DNA of 64,000 nt from Betaproteobacteria bacterium (lineage in GTDB: Bacteria > Pseudomonadota > Gammaproteobacteria > Burkholderiales > Burkholderiaceae_C): positions 9,007 to 73,006 of the forward strand of contig JANMZP010000005.1 of the NCBI GenBank assembly GCA_031383435.1, in the 5' to 3' direction. Every line of letters begins with the position of its first letter. Positions within the stretch are counted from its first letter, which is position 1. The position numbers were made by a program, and so were the translations under genes. The notes below the pieces were generated by a model. That model searched no databases, had not been told where the DNA came from, and saw only the letters and a program-made list of their open reading frames with translations. This document shows, one piece after another, positions 17,684 to 32,280 of the stretch.

Positions 17684-20460
17684 TTCAGGCCCACGCCCAC
17701 TTCGGCCAGCAGCGGCACTTTCAATTGCGCCACGCCGGCCATCAAACGCGGTATCGCTTCTTTCGCCCAGGCCAGTTCCGTCTCGGGCACCTCCAGCACC
17801 AGTTCGTCGTGCACCTGCATCACCATGCGCGTGGCGCGGCCCTCGGCGTCCAGCGCCTGCTGCACGGCAATCATGGCCAGCTTGATCAGGTCGGCAGCCG
17901 TGCCCTGCATCGGCGCGTTGATGGCCTGGCGTTCGGCCCCGGCCTTGCGCGGGCCGTTGCCGCTGTTGATTTCAGGCAGCCACAAACGGCGGCCGAACAC
18001 CGTTTCGACATAGCCCTTGGTTTTTGCAATGACGCGCGTTTCGTCCATGTAACGTTTCACGCCCGCAAAACGCATGAAGTACTTGTCGATGTAGTCCTTG
18101 GCCGCCTTCTGCTCGATGCCCAGGTTGTTGGCCAGCCCGTAAGCCCCCATGCCGTAGATCAGGCCGAAATTGATGACCTTGGCGTAACGCCGCTGCTCGC
18201 TGGACACGTCCGGCACGGTCACGCCGAAGACTTCTGAAGCGGTGGCCTTGTGCACGTCGATGCCCTCGGCAAAGGCGCGCAACAGCGCCGGGTCTTCGCT
18301 GATGTGGGCCATGATGCGCAGCTCGATCTGGCTGTAGTCGGCGCTCATCAGCACATGGCCCGGCGGCGCGATGAAGGCCTCGCGCACGCGGCGGCCCTCG
18401 GCGGTGCGGATGGGGATGTTCTGCAGGTTGGGGTCGTTGCTGGACAGCCGCCCCGTCACGGCCACAGCCTGCGCGTAATTCGTGTGCACACGGCCGGTTT
18501 TCGGGTTCACCATCAAGGGCAATTTGTCGGTGTAAGTGCCCTTCAATTTCGCCAGGCTGCGGTGTTCCAGGATGCGCGCCGGCAGCGGGTAGTCGGCCGC
18601 CAGTTCGGCCAGCACTTCTTCGTCGGTGGAAGGCGCGCCGGTGGCCGTGCGCTTCTTCACCGGCAGGCCCAGCTTGGTGAACAGGATCTCGCCGATCTGC
18701 TTGGGGCTGCCCATGTTGAAGGGCTGCTCGGCAATCGTGTAAGCCTCTTGTTCCAGCGCCAGCATGCGTTCGGCCAATTGGTGGCTTTGCCTGTTCAGCA
18801 CCGCTGTATCGATCAACACACCCTGGCGTTCGATGCGTTGCAGCACGATGCTGGTGGGCATTTCGATGTGTTCGTAGACAAAGCGCAGGCCGGCCTTGTT
18901 TTCCAAATTCGCATCGCCGTCGGCCTGCACTTCCGGCCACAGCTTGTCGTGCACGTCCAGCGTCATCTCGCTGTCTTCTCCGGAATAGGTGGTGGCGCGT
19001 TCCACGTCCACTTGCGCGAACGAAATCTGGTTCACGCCCTTGCCGCAAAGGTCCTCGTAACTCAGGCCTTTGCGGCCCAGATGGCGTTCGGCCAGGCTTT
19101 CCAGGCTGTGCGATTTGTGGGCTTCCAGCACATAGCTTTCCAGCAGGGTGTCGTGGCGGTAGCCGCGAACCTTGATGCCGGCGTTTTCAAGAACATGCAG
19201 GTCGTACTTGATGTTCTGCCCCACCTTGGCGTGGCTGGCGTCTTCCAGCCACGGGCGCAGTCTGGCCAGCACTTCATCCATCGGCAATTGGTCGGGCGCG
19301 TCGGCATAGCTGTGGGCCAGCGGAATGTAGGCCGCGCGGCCGGCTTCCACCGCGAAGCTGATGCCGACGGTGCGCGCCTTCATCGCGTCCAGGCTGTCGG
19401 TTTCGGTGTCCAGCGCGACCAGTTCCGCCGCCTGGATGACGCCCAGCCAGTGGTCGAAACGGTCCCAGCTGACGATGCATTCGTAGTCGCGCGCCAACTC
19501 GCGCGCGGGTGCAGCGGCCACCGGCACCACGGTCTCGCCGGCGGCGATGGCGGTGGTCTCCAGTTCCTTGCGCCAGCTCTTGAAACCGTAGCGGCCGTAG
19601 AAGTCGAGCAGGCCGGCGCGGTCGACTTCGCGCAGCGCCAGCGCTTCCAAAGCGGGCCAGCCTGTGATGTGGTCCTTCAGTTCGCAGTCGGTGACCACGG
19701 TGACCAGCTTCCTGCCCATCGGCAGCCAGTCCAGCGCCTTGCGCAGGTTCTCGCCCACCGCGCCCTTGATGCTGGCGGCAGCAGCCACCACGCCGTCCAG
19801 CGAGCCGTGTTCTTCGATCCACTTCACGGCGGTTTTCGGGCCGACTTTCTCGACGCCCGGCACGTTGTCCACCACGTCGCCGACCAGCGTCAGGTAGTCG
19901 ACGATGCGCTCGGGCGGCACGCCGAACTTGGCCTGCACACCGGCCACGTCCAGCACTTCGGGCGGCTTGGCCATGGTGTTGATCAGCGTCACGGCCGGCG
20001 TGACCAGTTGCGCCAGGTCCTTGTCGCCGGTGCTGATCAGCACCTGGTGGCCGCTGGCCGCCGCGATACGGGCCAGCGTGCCGATGGCGTCGTCGGCCTC
20101 TATACCCGGCACTTCCAGCACCGGCCAGCCCAGCAGGCGCACCACCTCGTGGATGGGCGCGATCTGCTCGCGCAGCGCGTCGGGCATGGGCGCGCGCTGG
20201 GCCTTGTACGCGGGGTACCAGTCGTCGCGGAAGGTCGGGCCCTTGGCGTCGAAGACGCACACCGCGTGCTCGGCCGGGTAGCGGTCGCGCAGCCAGCGCA
20301 TCATGGCCACCATGCCGTGCACCGCGCCGGTCGGAAAGCCGTCCGGCGAACGCAGGTCGGGCATGGCATGGAAAGCGCGGTAGAGGTAGCTGGAACCGTC
20401 CACCAGCAGCATGCGTTGGGGCGGGCTGGCAGGTCTGTCGGGGCTTGTCGATTCGTTCAT
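17665..20460 (-). CDS. polA: DNA polymerase I
   Basis: Start at ATG 20460 (MNESTSP...MLLVDGSSYLYRAFHAM, the 5'-3' exonuclease region). 3'-5' exonuclease and polymerase motifs are present (DYSQIELRIMAH, QVHDELVLEV). Confidence 0.97.
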   Translation of the reverse strand: MNESTSPDRPASPPQRMLLVDGSSYLYRAFHAMPDLRSPDGFPTGAVHGMVAMMRWLRDRYPAEHAVCVFDAKGPTFRDDWYPAYKAQRAPMPDALREQIAPIHEVVRLLGWPVLEVPGIEADDAIGTLARIAAASGHQVLISTGDKDLAQLVTPAVTLINTMAKPPEVLDVAGVQAKFGVPPERIVDYLTLVGDVVDNVPGVEKVGPKTAVKWIEEHGSLDGVVAAAASIKGAVGENLRKALDWLPMGRKLVTVVTDCELKDHITGWPALEALALREVDRAGLLDFYGRYGFKSWRKELETTAIAAGETVVPVAAAPARELARDYECIVSWDRFDHWLGVIQAAELVALDTETDSLDAMKARTVGISFAVEAGRAAYIPLAHSYADAPDQLPMDEVLARLRPWLEDASHAKVGQNIKYDLHVLENAGIKVRGYRHDTLLESYVLEAHKSHSLESLAERHLGRKGLSYEDLCGKGVNQISFAQVDVERATTYSGEDSEMTLDVHDKLWPEVQADGDANLENKAGLRFVYEHIEMPTSIVLQRIERQGVLIDTAVLNRQSHQLAERMLALEQEAYTIAEQPFNMGSPKQIGEILFTKLGLPVKKRTATGAPSTDEEVLAELAADYPLPARILEHRSLAKLKGTYTDKLPLMVNPKTGRVHTNYAQAVAVTGRLSSNDPNLQNIPIRTAEGRRVREAFIAPPGHVLMSADYSQIELRIMAHISEDPALLRAFAEGIDVHKATASEVFGVTVPDVSSEQRRYAKVINFGLIYGMGAYGLANNLGIEQKAAKDYIDKYFMRFAGVKRYMDETRVIAKTKGYVETVFGRRLWLPEINSGNGPRKAGAERQAINAPMQGTAADLIKLAMIAVQQALDAEGRATRMVMQVHDELVLEVPETELAWAKEAIPRLMAGVAQLKVPLLAEVGVGLNWEQAH

Positions 20461-20527
20461 GGCTTCATTGTGGCGCGGCACCTTGGGGTCTTCTTGCGGC
20501 GCGGGGCGGCTGCGTAGAATCTGGCTG

Positions 20528-20842
20528 ATGCACACCCTCTTCCGCAGCGCCCTGGCCCATGCCCTTTTCGTGGCCGCCGCAGCCAGCGCGGCCACCACCG
20601 CTGTACCGCCGCCGGCATCCGCATCAGAGCCCGCAACCGGTGCCGTGGACAAGCGGGTCATTGAAGACGGCAAGGTGCGTATCGAAGAAACCCGCGTGCG
20701 CGGCCACACACACAGCGTCACCGTGACCCCCAAGCTGCCGGGTGTGAAGGCCTACGAAGTCATCCAGCCGCCGCTGGGCAAAGACCCGTCGCAGGACCAG
20801 GGTGCCGCCGGCAAGCGCACCTGGTCCTTGTTCGACTTCTAG
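20528..20842 (+). CDS. small secreted protein (DUF2782-like, conserved next to polA/thrB)
   Basis: Start at ATG 20528 (MHTLFRSALAHALFVAAAASA, a signal peptide). 104 aa with high GC3. The family name is from memory of the gene neighbourhood and is not verified. Confidence 0.65.
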   Translation: MHTLFRSALAHALFVAAAASAATTAVPPPASASEPATGAVDKRVIEDGKVRIEETRVRGHTHSVTVTPKLPGVKAYEVIQPPLGKDPSQDQGAAGKRTWSLFDF

Positions 20843-20851
20843 GCCGCCCAG

Positions 20852-21820
20852 ATGGCTGTCTACACGCAAGTCGGCTTCGACGAGGCCGACGCGCTCTGCC
20901 AGCGCCTGGGCTTGGGCGCATTGAAAGAGCTGACCGGCATCCGCTCGGGCATCGAAAACACCAACTACTACGCCACCACGGTGCGCGGGCACTGGGTGCT
21001 GACGCTGTTCGAGCGCCTGACCGCCGAGCAACTGCCCTACTACCTGCAGCTGATGCAGCACCTGGCGGCCCACGGCATTCCCGTGCCCGCGCCGCAGGCC
21101 GATGCCAGCGGCCAGTTGGTGCAGCGCGTAGCCGGCAAACCGGCTTCGGTGGTGACGCGGCTGCCGGGCAGCCACCGCACTGCGCCCGACGCGCCACACG
21201 CCGCGCAGGTGGGGGCGATGCTGGCGCGCATGCACGTGGCGGGGGCCAGCTTCGCCGGGCAGCAGCCGCACCTGCGCGGCCTGGACTGGTGGACGGCAAC
21301 CGCACCCGTGGTGCTGCCGCACATGGCCGCCGAACAGGCCGCGCTGCTGCGCGATGAACTGGCCTTCCAGCAGCAGGTGGCGGCCTCGGCGGCCGGCCTG
21401 GCGCTGCCGCGCGGGCCGATCCACGCCGACCTGTTCCGTGACAACGTGATGTTCGACGACACCGCCGGCCCCGACACCCTGTGCGGCTTCTTCGACTTCT
21501 ATTTCGCCGGCACCGACACCTGGCTGTTCGATGTGGCGGTGTGCCTGAATGACTGGTGCATCGCACAGGACAGCGGTGCCTTGGACGAGGCCCGCGCCGC
21601 GGCCTTCGTCAGCGCCTACGAAAGCGTGCGGCCCTTCAGCAGCGCTGAACGCCGCATGCTGCCCGCGCTGCTGCGGGCTGCGGCCTTGCGCTTCTGGATT
21701 TCACGCCTGTGGGACAGCCAGCTGCCGCGCGACGCCGCGCTGCTGCAGCCCAAGGACCCGACCCACTTCGAACGCGTGCTGCGCGGCTGCATCGCGCGGC
21801 CCTGGCACCCGGCGCTCTGA
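20852..21820 (+). CDS. thrB: homoserine kinase (APH-fold ThrB type)
   Basis: MAVYTQVGFDEADALCQRLGLG...GIENTNYY..., catalytic region PIHADLFRDNVMF. 322 aa. Confidence 0.9.
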   Translation: MAVYTQVGFDEADALCQRLGLGALKELTGIRSGIENTNYYATTVRGHWVLTLFERLTAEQLPYYLQLMQHLAAHGIPVPAPQADASGQLVQRVAGKPASVVTRLPGSHRTAPDAPHAAQVGAMLARMHVAGASFAGQQPHLRGLDWWTATAPVVLPHMAAEQAALLRDELAFQQQVAASAAGLALPRGPIHADLFRDNVMFDDTAGPDTLCGFFDFYFAGTDTWLFDVAVCLNDWCIAQDSGALDEARAAAFVSAYESVRPFSSAERRMLPALLRAAALRFWISRLWDSQLPRDAALLQPKDPTHFERVLRGCIARPWHPAL

Positions 21821-21849
21821 CCCGCTACAGCCGGACATTCCGACACCCC

Positions 21850-22683
21850 ATGGCCCTGATCCTCAAGACCGTCGACGCCGCGCGCGGACCGCGCTGGATA
21901 GCCGACGCCTTCCGCTTGTTCGCCAAACGGCCTTTCGCCTTCACGGGGCTGTTCGCGGTGTACCTCTTCACCGCCATGCTGATCGCCCAGGTGCCCATCC
22001 TGGGCAGCGTGGCGCAGATGGTGTCGCTGCCGCTGCTGTCGCTGGGCTTCATGGTGGCCGGGCAGTCGGCGCTGCTGGACGGGCCGGTGCACCCGCGCCA
22101 CTTCATCGAGCCGCTGCGCGGTGACCCGGCGCGCCGCCGCGCTTTGCTGACCCTGTGCGGGCTGTACGGCGTGTCGGCGATCGCCATCTTGCTGATCGCC
22201 GACAGCGTTTCAGGCCACGCCTGGGAGCGCATGCAGTTGTTGCTGGCCAAGGGCGGTGACGGCATGCAGGCCGAGATGGACGCGCTGCTGTCCGAGTCGG
22301 GCGTGGCCGTCGGCGCGCTGCTGGCCGTGGGCCTGGGCGCCGTGCTCTCGATGCCGTTCTGGCACGCGCCGGCACTGGTCCACTGGGGTGGCCAGGGCGT
22401 GCGCCAGGCGCTGTTTTCCAGCACCGTGGCGCTGTGGCGCAGCAAGGGCGCGTTCCTGGCCTACATGATGGCCTGGAGCGGCGTGCTGCTGCTCTTCGGT
22501 CTGGTTTCGGCCGTCGTCTTCGGCCTGATCGGCGTGCCGCAATTGACCGGCCTGATCGGCATACCCGCCGGCCTGGTCTTCTCGACGGTGTTCTACCTGT
22601 CGGTGCTGTTCACCTTCACCGACAGCTTCGGTGGTGCCCCGTCGGTGAGCCCGCCGGCCAGCCTGCGGGCAACCCCAGACTGA
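21850..22683 (+). CDS. conserved multi-pass inner-membrane protein of unknown function
   Basis: Start at ATG 21850 (MALILKTVDAARGPRWIADAFRLFAKRPFAF). Four to six hydrophobic segments and coding-like GC3. Confidence 0.75.
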   Translation: MALILKTVDAARGPRWIADAFRLFAKRPFAFTGLFAVYLFTAMLIAQVPILGSVAQMVSLPLLSLGFMVAGQSALLDGPVHPRHFIEPLRGDPARRRALLTLCGLYGVSAIAILLIADSVSGHAWERMQLLLAKGGDGMQAEMDALLSESGVAVGALLAVGLGAVLSMPFWHAPALVHWGGQGVRQALFSSTVALWRSKGAFLAYMMAWSGVLLLFGLVSAVVFGLIGVPQLTGLIGIPAGLVFSTVFYLSVLFTFTDSFGGAPSVSPPASLRATPD

Positions 22684-22733
22684 ACCCGCCCGGGACCTGG
22701 GTCTGGGTCTGGGCGAGCCCGCCCCGCCCGGCT

Positions 22734-25115
<2,382 letters not shown>

Positions 25116-25125
25116 GCCGGCATTG

Positions 25126-27886
<2,761 letters not shown>

Positions 27887-27888
<2 letters not shown>

Positions 27889-28864
27889 GGAAATATTCGA
27901 CTACGACAACATCCTGCTGCTGCCCCGCAAATGCCGCGTCGACAGCCGCGCCGAATGCGACACCAGCGTGGAATTCGGCGGCCGCCGCTTCTTGCTGCCG
28001 GTGGTGCCGGCGAACATGAAGACGGTGGTCGACGAGCCGATCAGCGAAGTGCTGGCCAAGAGCGGCCACTTCTACGTGATGCACCGCTTCGATCTGGACG
28101 CCGTGGCCTATGCCCGGCGCATGCGCGAGCAAGGCCTGTTCGTCAGCCTCAGTTCGGGCGTCAAGCCGCACGACTTCGCCGTCATCGACCAATTGGCCGC
28201 CGACGGCGTGGGTGCCGACTACATCACCATCGACATCGCCCACGGCCATGCCGAAAGCGTGCGCAAGGCCATCGAGCACATCAAGCGCACGCTGCCCGAC
28301 ACCTTCGTCATTGCCGGCAACGTGGCCACGCCCGAAGCCGTCATCGACCTGGAGAACTGGGGTGCCGACGCCACCAAGGTCGGCGTCGGCCCGGGCAAGG
28401 TCTGCATCACGAAATTGAAGACCGGCTTCGGCACTGGCTGCTGGCAGCTCAGCGCGCTGAAGTGGTGTGCCCGGGTGGCCACCAAGCCGATCATTGCCGA
28501 CGGCGGCATCCGCCACCACGGCGACGTGGCCAAGAGCGTGCGCTTCGGTGCCAGCATGGTCATGGTGGGCTCGCTGTTCGCCGGCCACGAGGAATCACCG
28601 GGCGAGGTCATCGAGGAGGATGGCAAGCGCTACAAGGCGTACTACGGCAGCGCCTCTGACTTCAACAAGGGCGAGTACAAGCACGTCGAAGGCAAGCGCA
28701 TCCTGGAGCCCATCAAGGGCCACCTGGCCGACACGCTGCGCGAGATGCGCGAAGACCTGCAAAGCAGCATCAGCTACGCCGGTGGCAGCGTGCTGGCCGA
28801 CCTGAAGAAGGTCAACTACGTGGTGCTGGGCGGCGAGAACGCGGGCGAACACCTGTTCATGTAG
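27887..28864 (+). CDS. guaC: GMP reductase
   Basis: Start at ATG 27887 ([26 protein letters not shown]). IMPDH/GMPR-fold motifs ([21 protein letters not shown]). Confidence 0.93.
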
Positions 28865-28936
28865 CACCGCCGCCGGCGAACACGGCAGGCTGGCCCCAGG
28901 CGGCCGCACGGGCCCGGGGTGCCAGCGCTGTGGGTC

Positions 28937-30526
28937 TCAAACTGCCGTCGAGTAGTCCTGTTCGCGCAGCTTGAAAATGCCGACCACGGCGGCCAGGCCG
29001 GCGGCCTGTCGCTTCAGGCTCTCGGCGGCGGCGGCGCTCTGCTCGACCAGCGCCGCGTTCTGCTGCGTCGACTGGTCGAGTTGGGTCACGGCCGCGCTGA
29101 CCTGGCCGATGCCGGTGGTCTGCTCCAGGGTCGCCGCACTGATCTCGCCGATCAGCACGGACACCCGCTGCACCTGCGCCACGATGTCGTCCATCGAGGT
29201 GCCGGCGTCGCCGACCAGCCTGGACCCGGCTTCAACCTTGTCGACGCTGGCCCCGATCAGCGACTTGATCTCTTTGGCCGCTTCAGCGCTGCGCTGCGCC
29301 AGGCTGCGCACTTCGCTGGCCACGACCGCGAAACCGCGGCCCTGTTCGCCAGCGCGCGCCGCTTCGACAGCCGCGTTGAGCGCCAGGATGTTGGTCTGAA
29401 AGGCAATGCCGTCGATGACGCCAATGATGTCGGCGATCTTCTTCGAGCTGTGGGTGATGTCGTTCATCGTCGCCACGACGCGGCTGACCACCTGGCCGCC
29501 CTTCTCGGCGGCGGCGCTGGCCGATGTGGCCAGTTGGGTGGCTTGCCGCGCGGTGTCGGCATTCGACTTGACGGTCGCGTTCATCTGCTCCATCGACGCG
29601 GCCGTTTGCTGCACGTTGCTGGCCTGCAGTTCGGTGCGCTGCGACAGGTCGGCATTGCCGTTGGCGATTTCCACCGACCCGGTGGCGATCGAGTCCGAGG
29701 CCTGGCGCACCTGGCCCACGACACGGGCCAGGCTGGCCTGCATGGTGCCCAGCGATGCCAGCACGCTGCCGGCAGGGGCCTGCGCAGCGCCCGGCACTTC
29801 GTTCAGGTCGCCTTCGGACACGCGCCGTGCGGCATGGCCCAGCGCGTCGGGCTCGGCCCCCAGTTGCCGGGCGATCCCGCGCGAGATCACCAGGGCCAGA
29901 CCGATACCGATGGCCAAGGCCAGCGCCAGAGATGTCAGCATCACGGCGCGGAAGCTGTTCGCTTGCGCCAGGGCAATCTTGTTCTGCGCCTGGATGCGCG
30001 CCTCCTCGAAGTCGATCAGCTTGTTGATCGACGCCAGCCACCGCACATACTGCGGCTTGGCCTGGGCCCACAGCAGCGTCTGCGCGGCAGCCGCGTCGCC
30101 CTTGTCGACCGCCGCGATCACGGCTTTCGTGGTGGCGACGGCCTGGCTTTCGATGTCCTTGATGGCACCATACAAGCGGCCCAGTTCGGCGCTGTCGCCG
30201 GCGCTGCCGATCAGCTTTTCCAGCGGCCCGGCGGCGTCGGCATAGAACGTGGCCAGCGCATCGATGGCGGCTACTTCGTTCTGCCGGTCCGCGGGGGATG
30301 AGGCCAGCACGATGTCCCGGGTGGCGATCGAGCGGTCGTGCGCCGACCCCCGGAAGTTGATCGCGTAGCGCTGGATTGAAGCGTGCTCTTCGCTGTTCGC
30401 GTGCAAGGCTTCATCGATGGCATGCACCTTGAGCATGGCGATGACCGTGACGATCGCCATGACGGCCAGGATCAGGCCGAAGCCGGCGAACAAGCGCTTC
30501 CCGAGGGTCATCCGAGAGAAATTCAT
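28937..30526 (-). CDS. methyl-accepting chemotaxis protein (4-helix-bundle sensor, HAMP, signalling domain)
   Basis: Start at ATG 30526 ([25 protein letters not shown]). Highly conserved MCP hairpin ([40 protein letters not shown]). Confidence 0.92.
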   Translation of the reverse strand: MNFSRMTLGKRLFAGFGLILAVMAIVTVIAMLKVHAIDEALHANSEEHASIQRYAINFRGSAHDRSIATRDIVLASSPADRQNEVAAIDALATFYADAAGPLEKLIGSAGDSAELGRLYGAIKDIESQAVATTKAVIAAVDKGDAAAAQTLLWAQAKPQYVRWLASINKLIDFEEARIQAQNKIALAQANSFRAVMLTSLALALAIGIGLALVISRGIARQLGAEPDALGHAARRVSEGDLNEVPGAAQAPAGSVLASLGTMQASLARVVGQVRQASDSIATGSVEIANGNADLSQRTELQASNVQQTAASMEQMNATVKSNADTARQATQLATSASAAAEKGGQVVSRVVATMNDITHSSKKIADIIGVIDGIAFQTNILALNAAVEAARAGEQGRGFAVVASEVRSLAQRSAEAAKEIKSLIGASVDKVEAGSRLVGDAGTSMDDIVAQVQRVSVLIGEISAATLEQTTGIGQVSAAVTQLDQSTQQNAALVEQSAAAAESLKRQAAGLAAVVGIFKLREQDYSTAV

Positions 30527-30621
30527 GGGCTTCCTTGTTGAGGTCTGGACCGCACAGTGGGGTGGGCAAGGCTGCACTGGCAGTCGTTGGCCAGCGCAGC
30601 GGTCGCCCCGCCTTGCCCAGC

Positions 30622-30648
30622 ATTTCGGCGCGGCCTGTCCAGACTTGA
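30622..30648 (-). promoter_or_regulatory. candidate sigma-28 (FliA) promoter upstream of the MCP gene
   Basis: The minus strand reads TCAAG-N14-GCCGAAAT, against the consensus TAAAG/TCAAG-N14-GCCGATAA. It lies about 95 nt upstream of the MCP ATG. This is a pattern match only. Confidence 0.35.
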
Positions 30649-30713
30649 GAAGAATGTCACGACAGCGCCAGCAAATCGATCACCCTTGACGGCGGCGGCC
30701 GCCCGGCGGCCCC

Positions 30714-32156
30714 TCAACGCGCGGACATCCCCCGGCGTTCGCCCGGCTCGTCGTTGCGCCGCGACGCGGGCAAGGCCGGCGACGACGAGGCCGCCGGGCA
30801 ACTGCCGCTGTCGGCATAGCGCGCGGCGGCCGCCATCAACGGGTCGGCGGGCGAGGCCTGCGCCACCGTGAAGTCTTCAGCCACTGCGCAAGTCGGCGCA
30901 AAGCCGGTGAAGTAGCGACCGGCGCCCTGGTGATTGACGCTCTCGAAATTGACGATGCTGAAGGTCGTTCCGCAGTTGCTGGCGGGCTGAAAACCCACCG
31001 GCTTGCCGCAGCTGGTTTCGCCGATGGCCACCACGTTCACGCCGGCACCACGCAGGCCGTTGACGACCTGTTCGCTGGCCGAGCAGGTGCGCCGGCCCAT
31101 CAGCACGAAGACGCGCGGCAGGCTCAATGCGGCAGCGGGCACGACAAAGGGAAAGTTGCTGTTGCTGGCGCTGTGCCTGTCGTTGAACAACAGCGTGGCG
31201 TAGTTCAGGCCGGCACCGCGGCTGCCCGCGATGTAGCCGGCCAGCGTGGCCCCAGTCGAGACCAGGCCGCCGCCGTTGTAGCGCAGGTCCAGCACCACAT
31301 CGGCCACGCCGGCGGCCTTGAACTGGGCGAAAGCCGCATCGACCGGGCTCAGGGCCTGGCTGATCATGTCTTTCACCGCGACATAGCCCAGCTGGCGGCC
31401 GCCCGGGCTGGCCTGCACGGCGGTGCCGGTGACGGGCACCAGGTTGTAGCTGGCGGCCGTCAGCAGGCCGCTGAATTGCGCGCGGCCGGCGCGCGTGGTG
31501 CTGAGGGCCAGGGTCTGCCCCGGCGTGCTGGCGGTCAGCGCCGAAAAGTCGTCAGCGGCGACGACCTCGCTGGCGGCGCGCCCGGCGATCTGCATCACGC
31601 GGTCGCCGCGCTGAACACCCGCTGCCGCCGCCGGCGAGCCCGTGTCGACATGGCGCACATACAGCGGCTTGCTGCCATCTTTCGACAATTCCAGGCCGGC
31701 CACCGCCAGGCCGTAGCCCAGCGCCATGCCGCTGGTGAAGAAGCTGTTGAAGGCCTCGCTGGCTTGCGTGTACGACCAGCGGTCGGCCGGAAAGCGGCTG
31801 TCGCTGCCGGTGTAGCGCAGCGCTTCCAGGTAGGCCAGCGCGTCGGCGTAGGGCCCCGGTGCGGGCTTGGGCGAGGTGGCAGTCCAGAAGTACCAATCGT
31901 CCATGTAGCCGGCCAGCCAATTCTTCTGGTCGGTGGCCGAACAACTCAGCGGCGCGCTGGCGTTGCCGTTCTCACCGCTGCCCCCGCCGCCGCACGCGGC
32001 CAGCAACAGGCTGCCCAGCGCGGCGAACAGCCCGCGCCTCGAGCGGTGAAACGCGGACGGGCGCGCGGACGGACGCGCGGACGGCCAAGCGAACGGCCAA
32101 GCGAACGGCCAAGCGGACGATTGAACAGAACGCGGGGCATGAAGGTCGTGCGGCAT
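30714..32156 (-). CDS. S41-family (C-terminal processing/tail-specific type) peptidase, probable lipoprotein
   Basis: Start at ATG 32156. Lipobox LLLAAC, a PDZ-like region ([20 protein letters not shown]), and a Ser/Lys region ([18 protein letters not shown]). Confidence 0.85.
   Translation of the reverse strand: MPHDLHAPRSVQSSAWPFAWPFAWPSARPSARPSAFHRSRRGLFAALGSLLLAACGGGGSGENGNASAPLSCSATDQKNWLAGYMDDWYFWTATSPKPAPGPYADALAYLEALRYTGSDSRFPADRWSYTQASEAFNSFFTSGMALGYGLAVAGLELSKDGSKPLYVRHVDTGSPAAAAGVQRGDRVMQIAGRAASEVVAADDFSALTASTPGQTLALSTTRAGRAQFSGLLTAASYNLVPVTGTAVQASPGGRQLGYVAVKDMISQALSPVDAAFAQFKAAGVADVVLDLRYNGGGLVSTGATLAGYIAGSRGAGLNYATLLFNDRHSASNSNFPFVVPAAALSLPRVFVLMGRRTCSASEQVVNGLRGAGVNVVAIGETSCGKPVGFQPASNCGTTFSIVNFESVNHQGAGRYFTGFAPTCAVAEDFTVAQASPADPLMAAAARYADSGSCPAASSSPALPASRRNDEPGERRGMSAR
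32049..32120. repeat. 6 x degenerate 12-nt tandem repeat
   Basis: The units are ...gcgcggacgg / acgcgcggacgg / ccaagcgaacgg / ccaagcgaacgg / ccaagcggacga. They encode [21 protein letters not shown] in the n-region of the S41 peptidase signal peptide. Confidence 0.85.
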
Positions 32157-32280
32157 GGGCCTCTTTCCGTCGGGGCGCGGCGAAGCGCTGCCAGGGGGCC
32201 CACCTACAATCACAGGCCTCCCTGACCTGCCTGCGCGACCCCGGTTTGACTGGGGTCCCAGGGCTCGCTGCACCCACATC

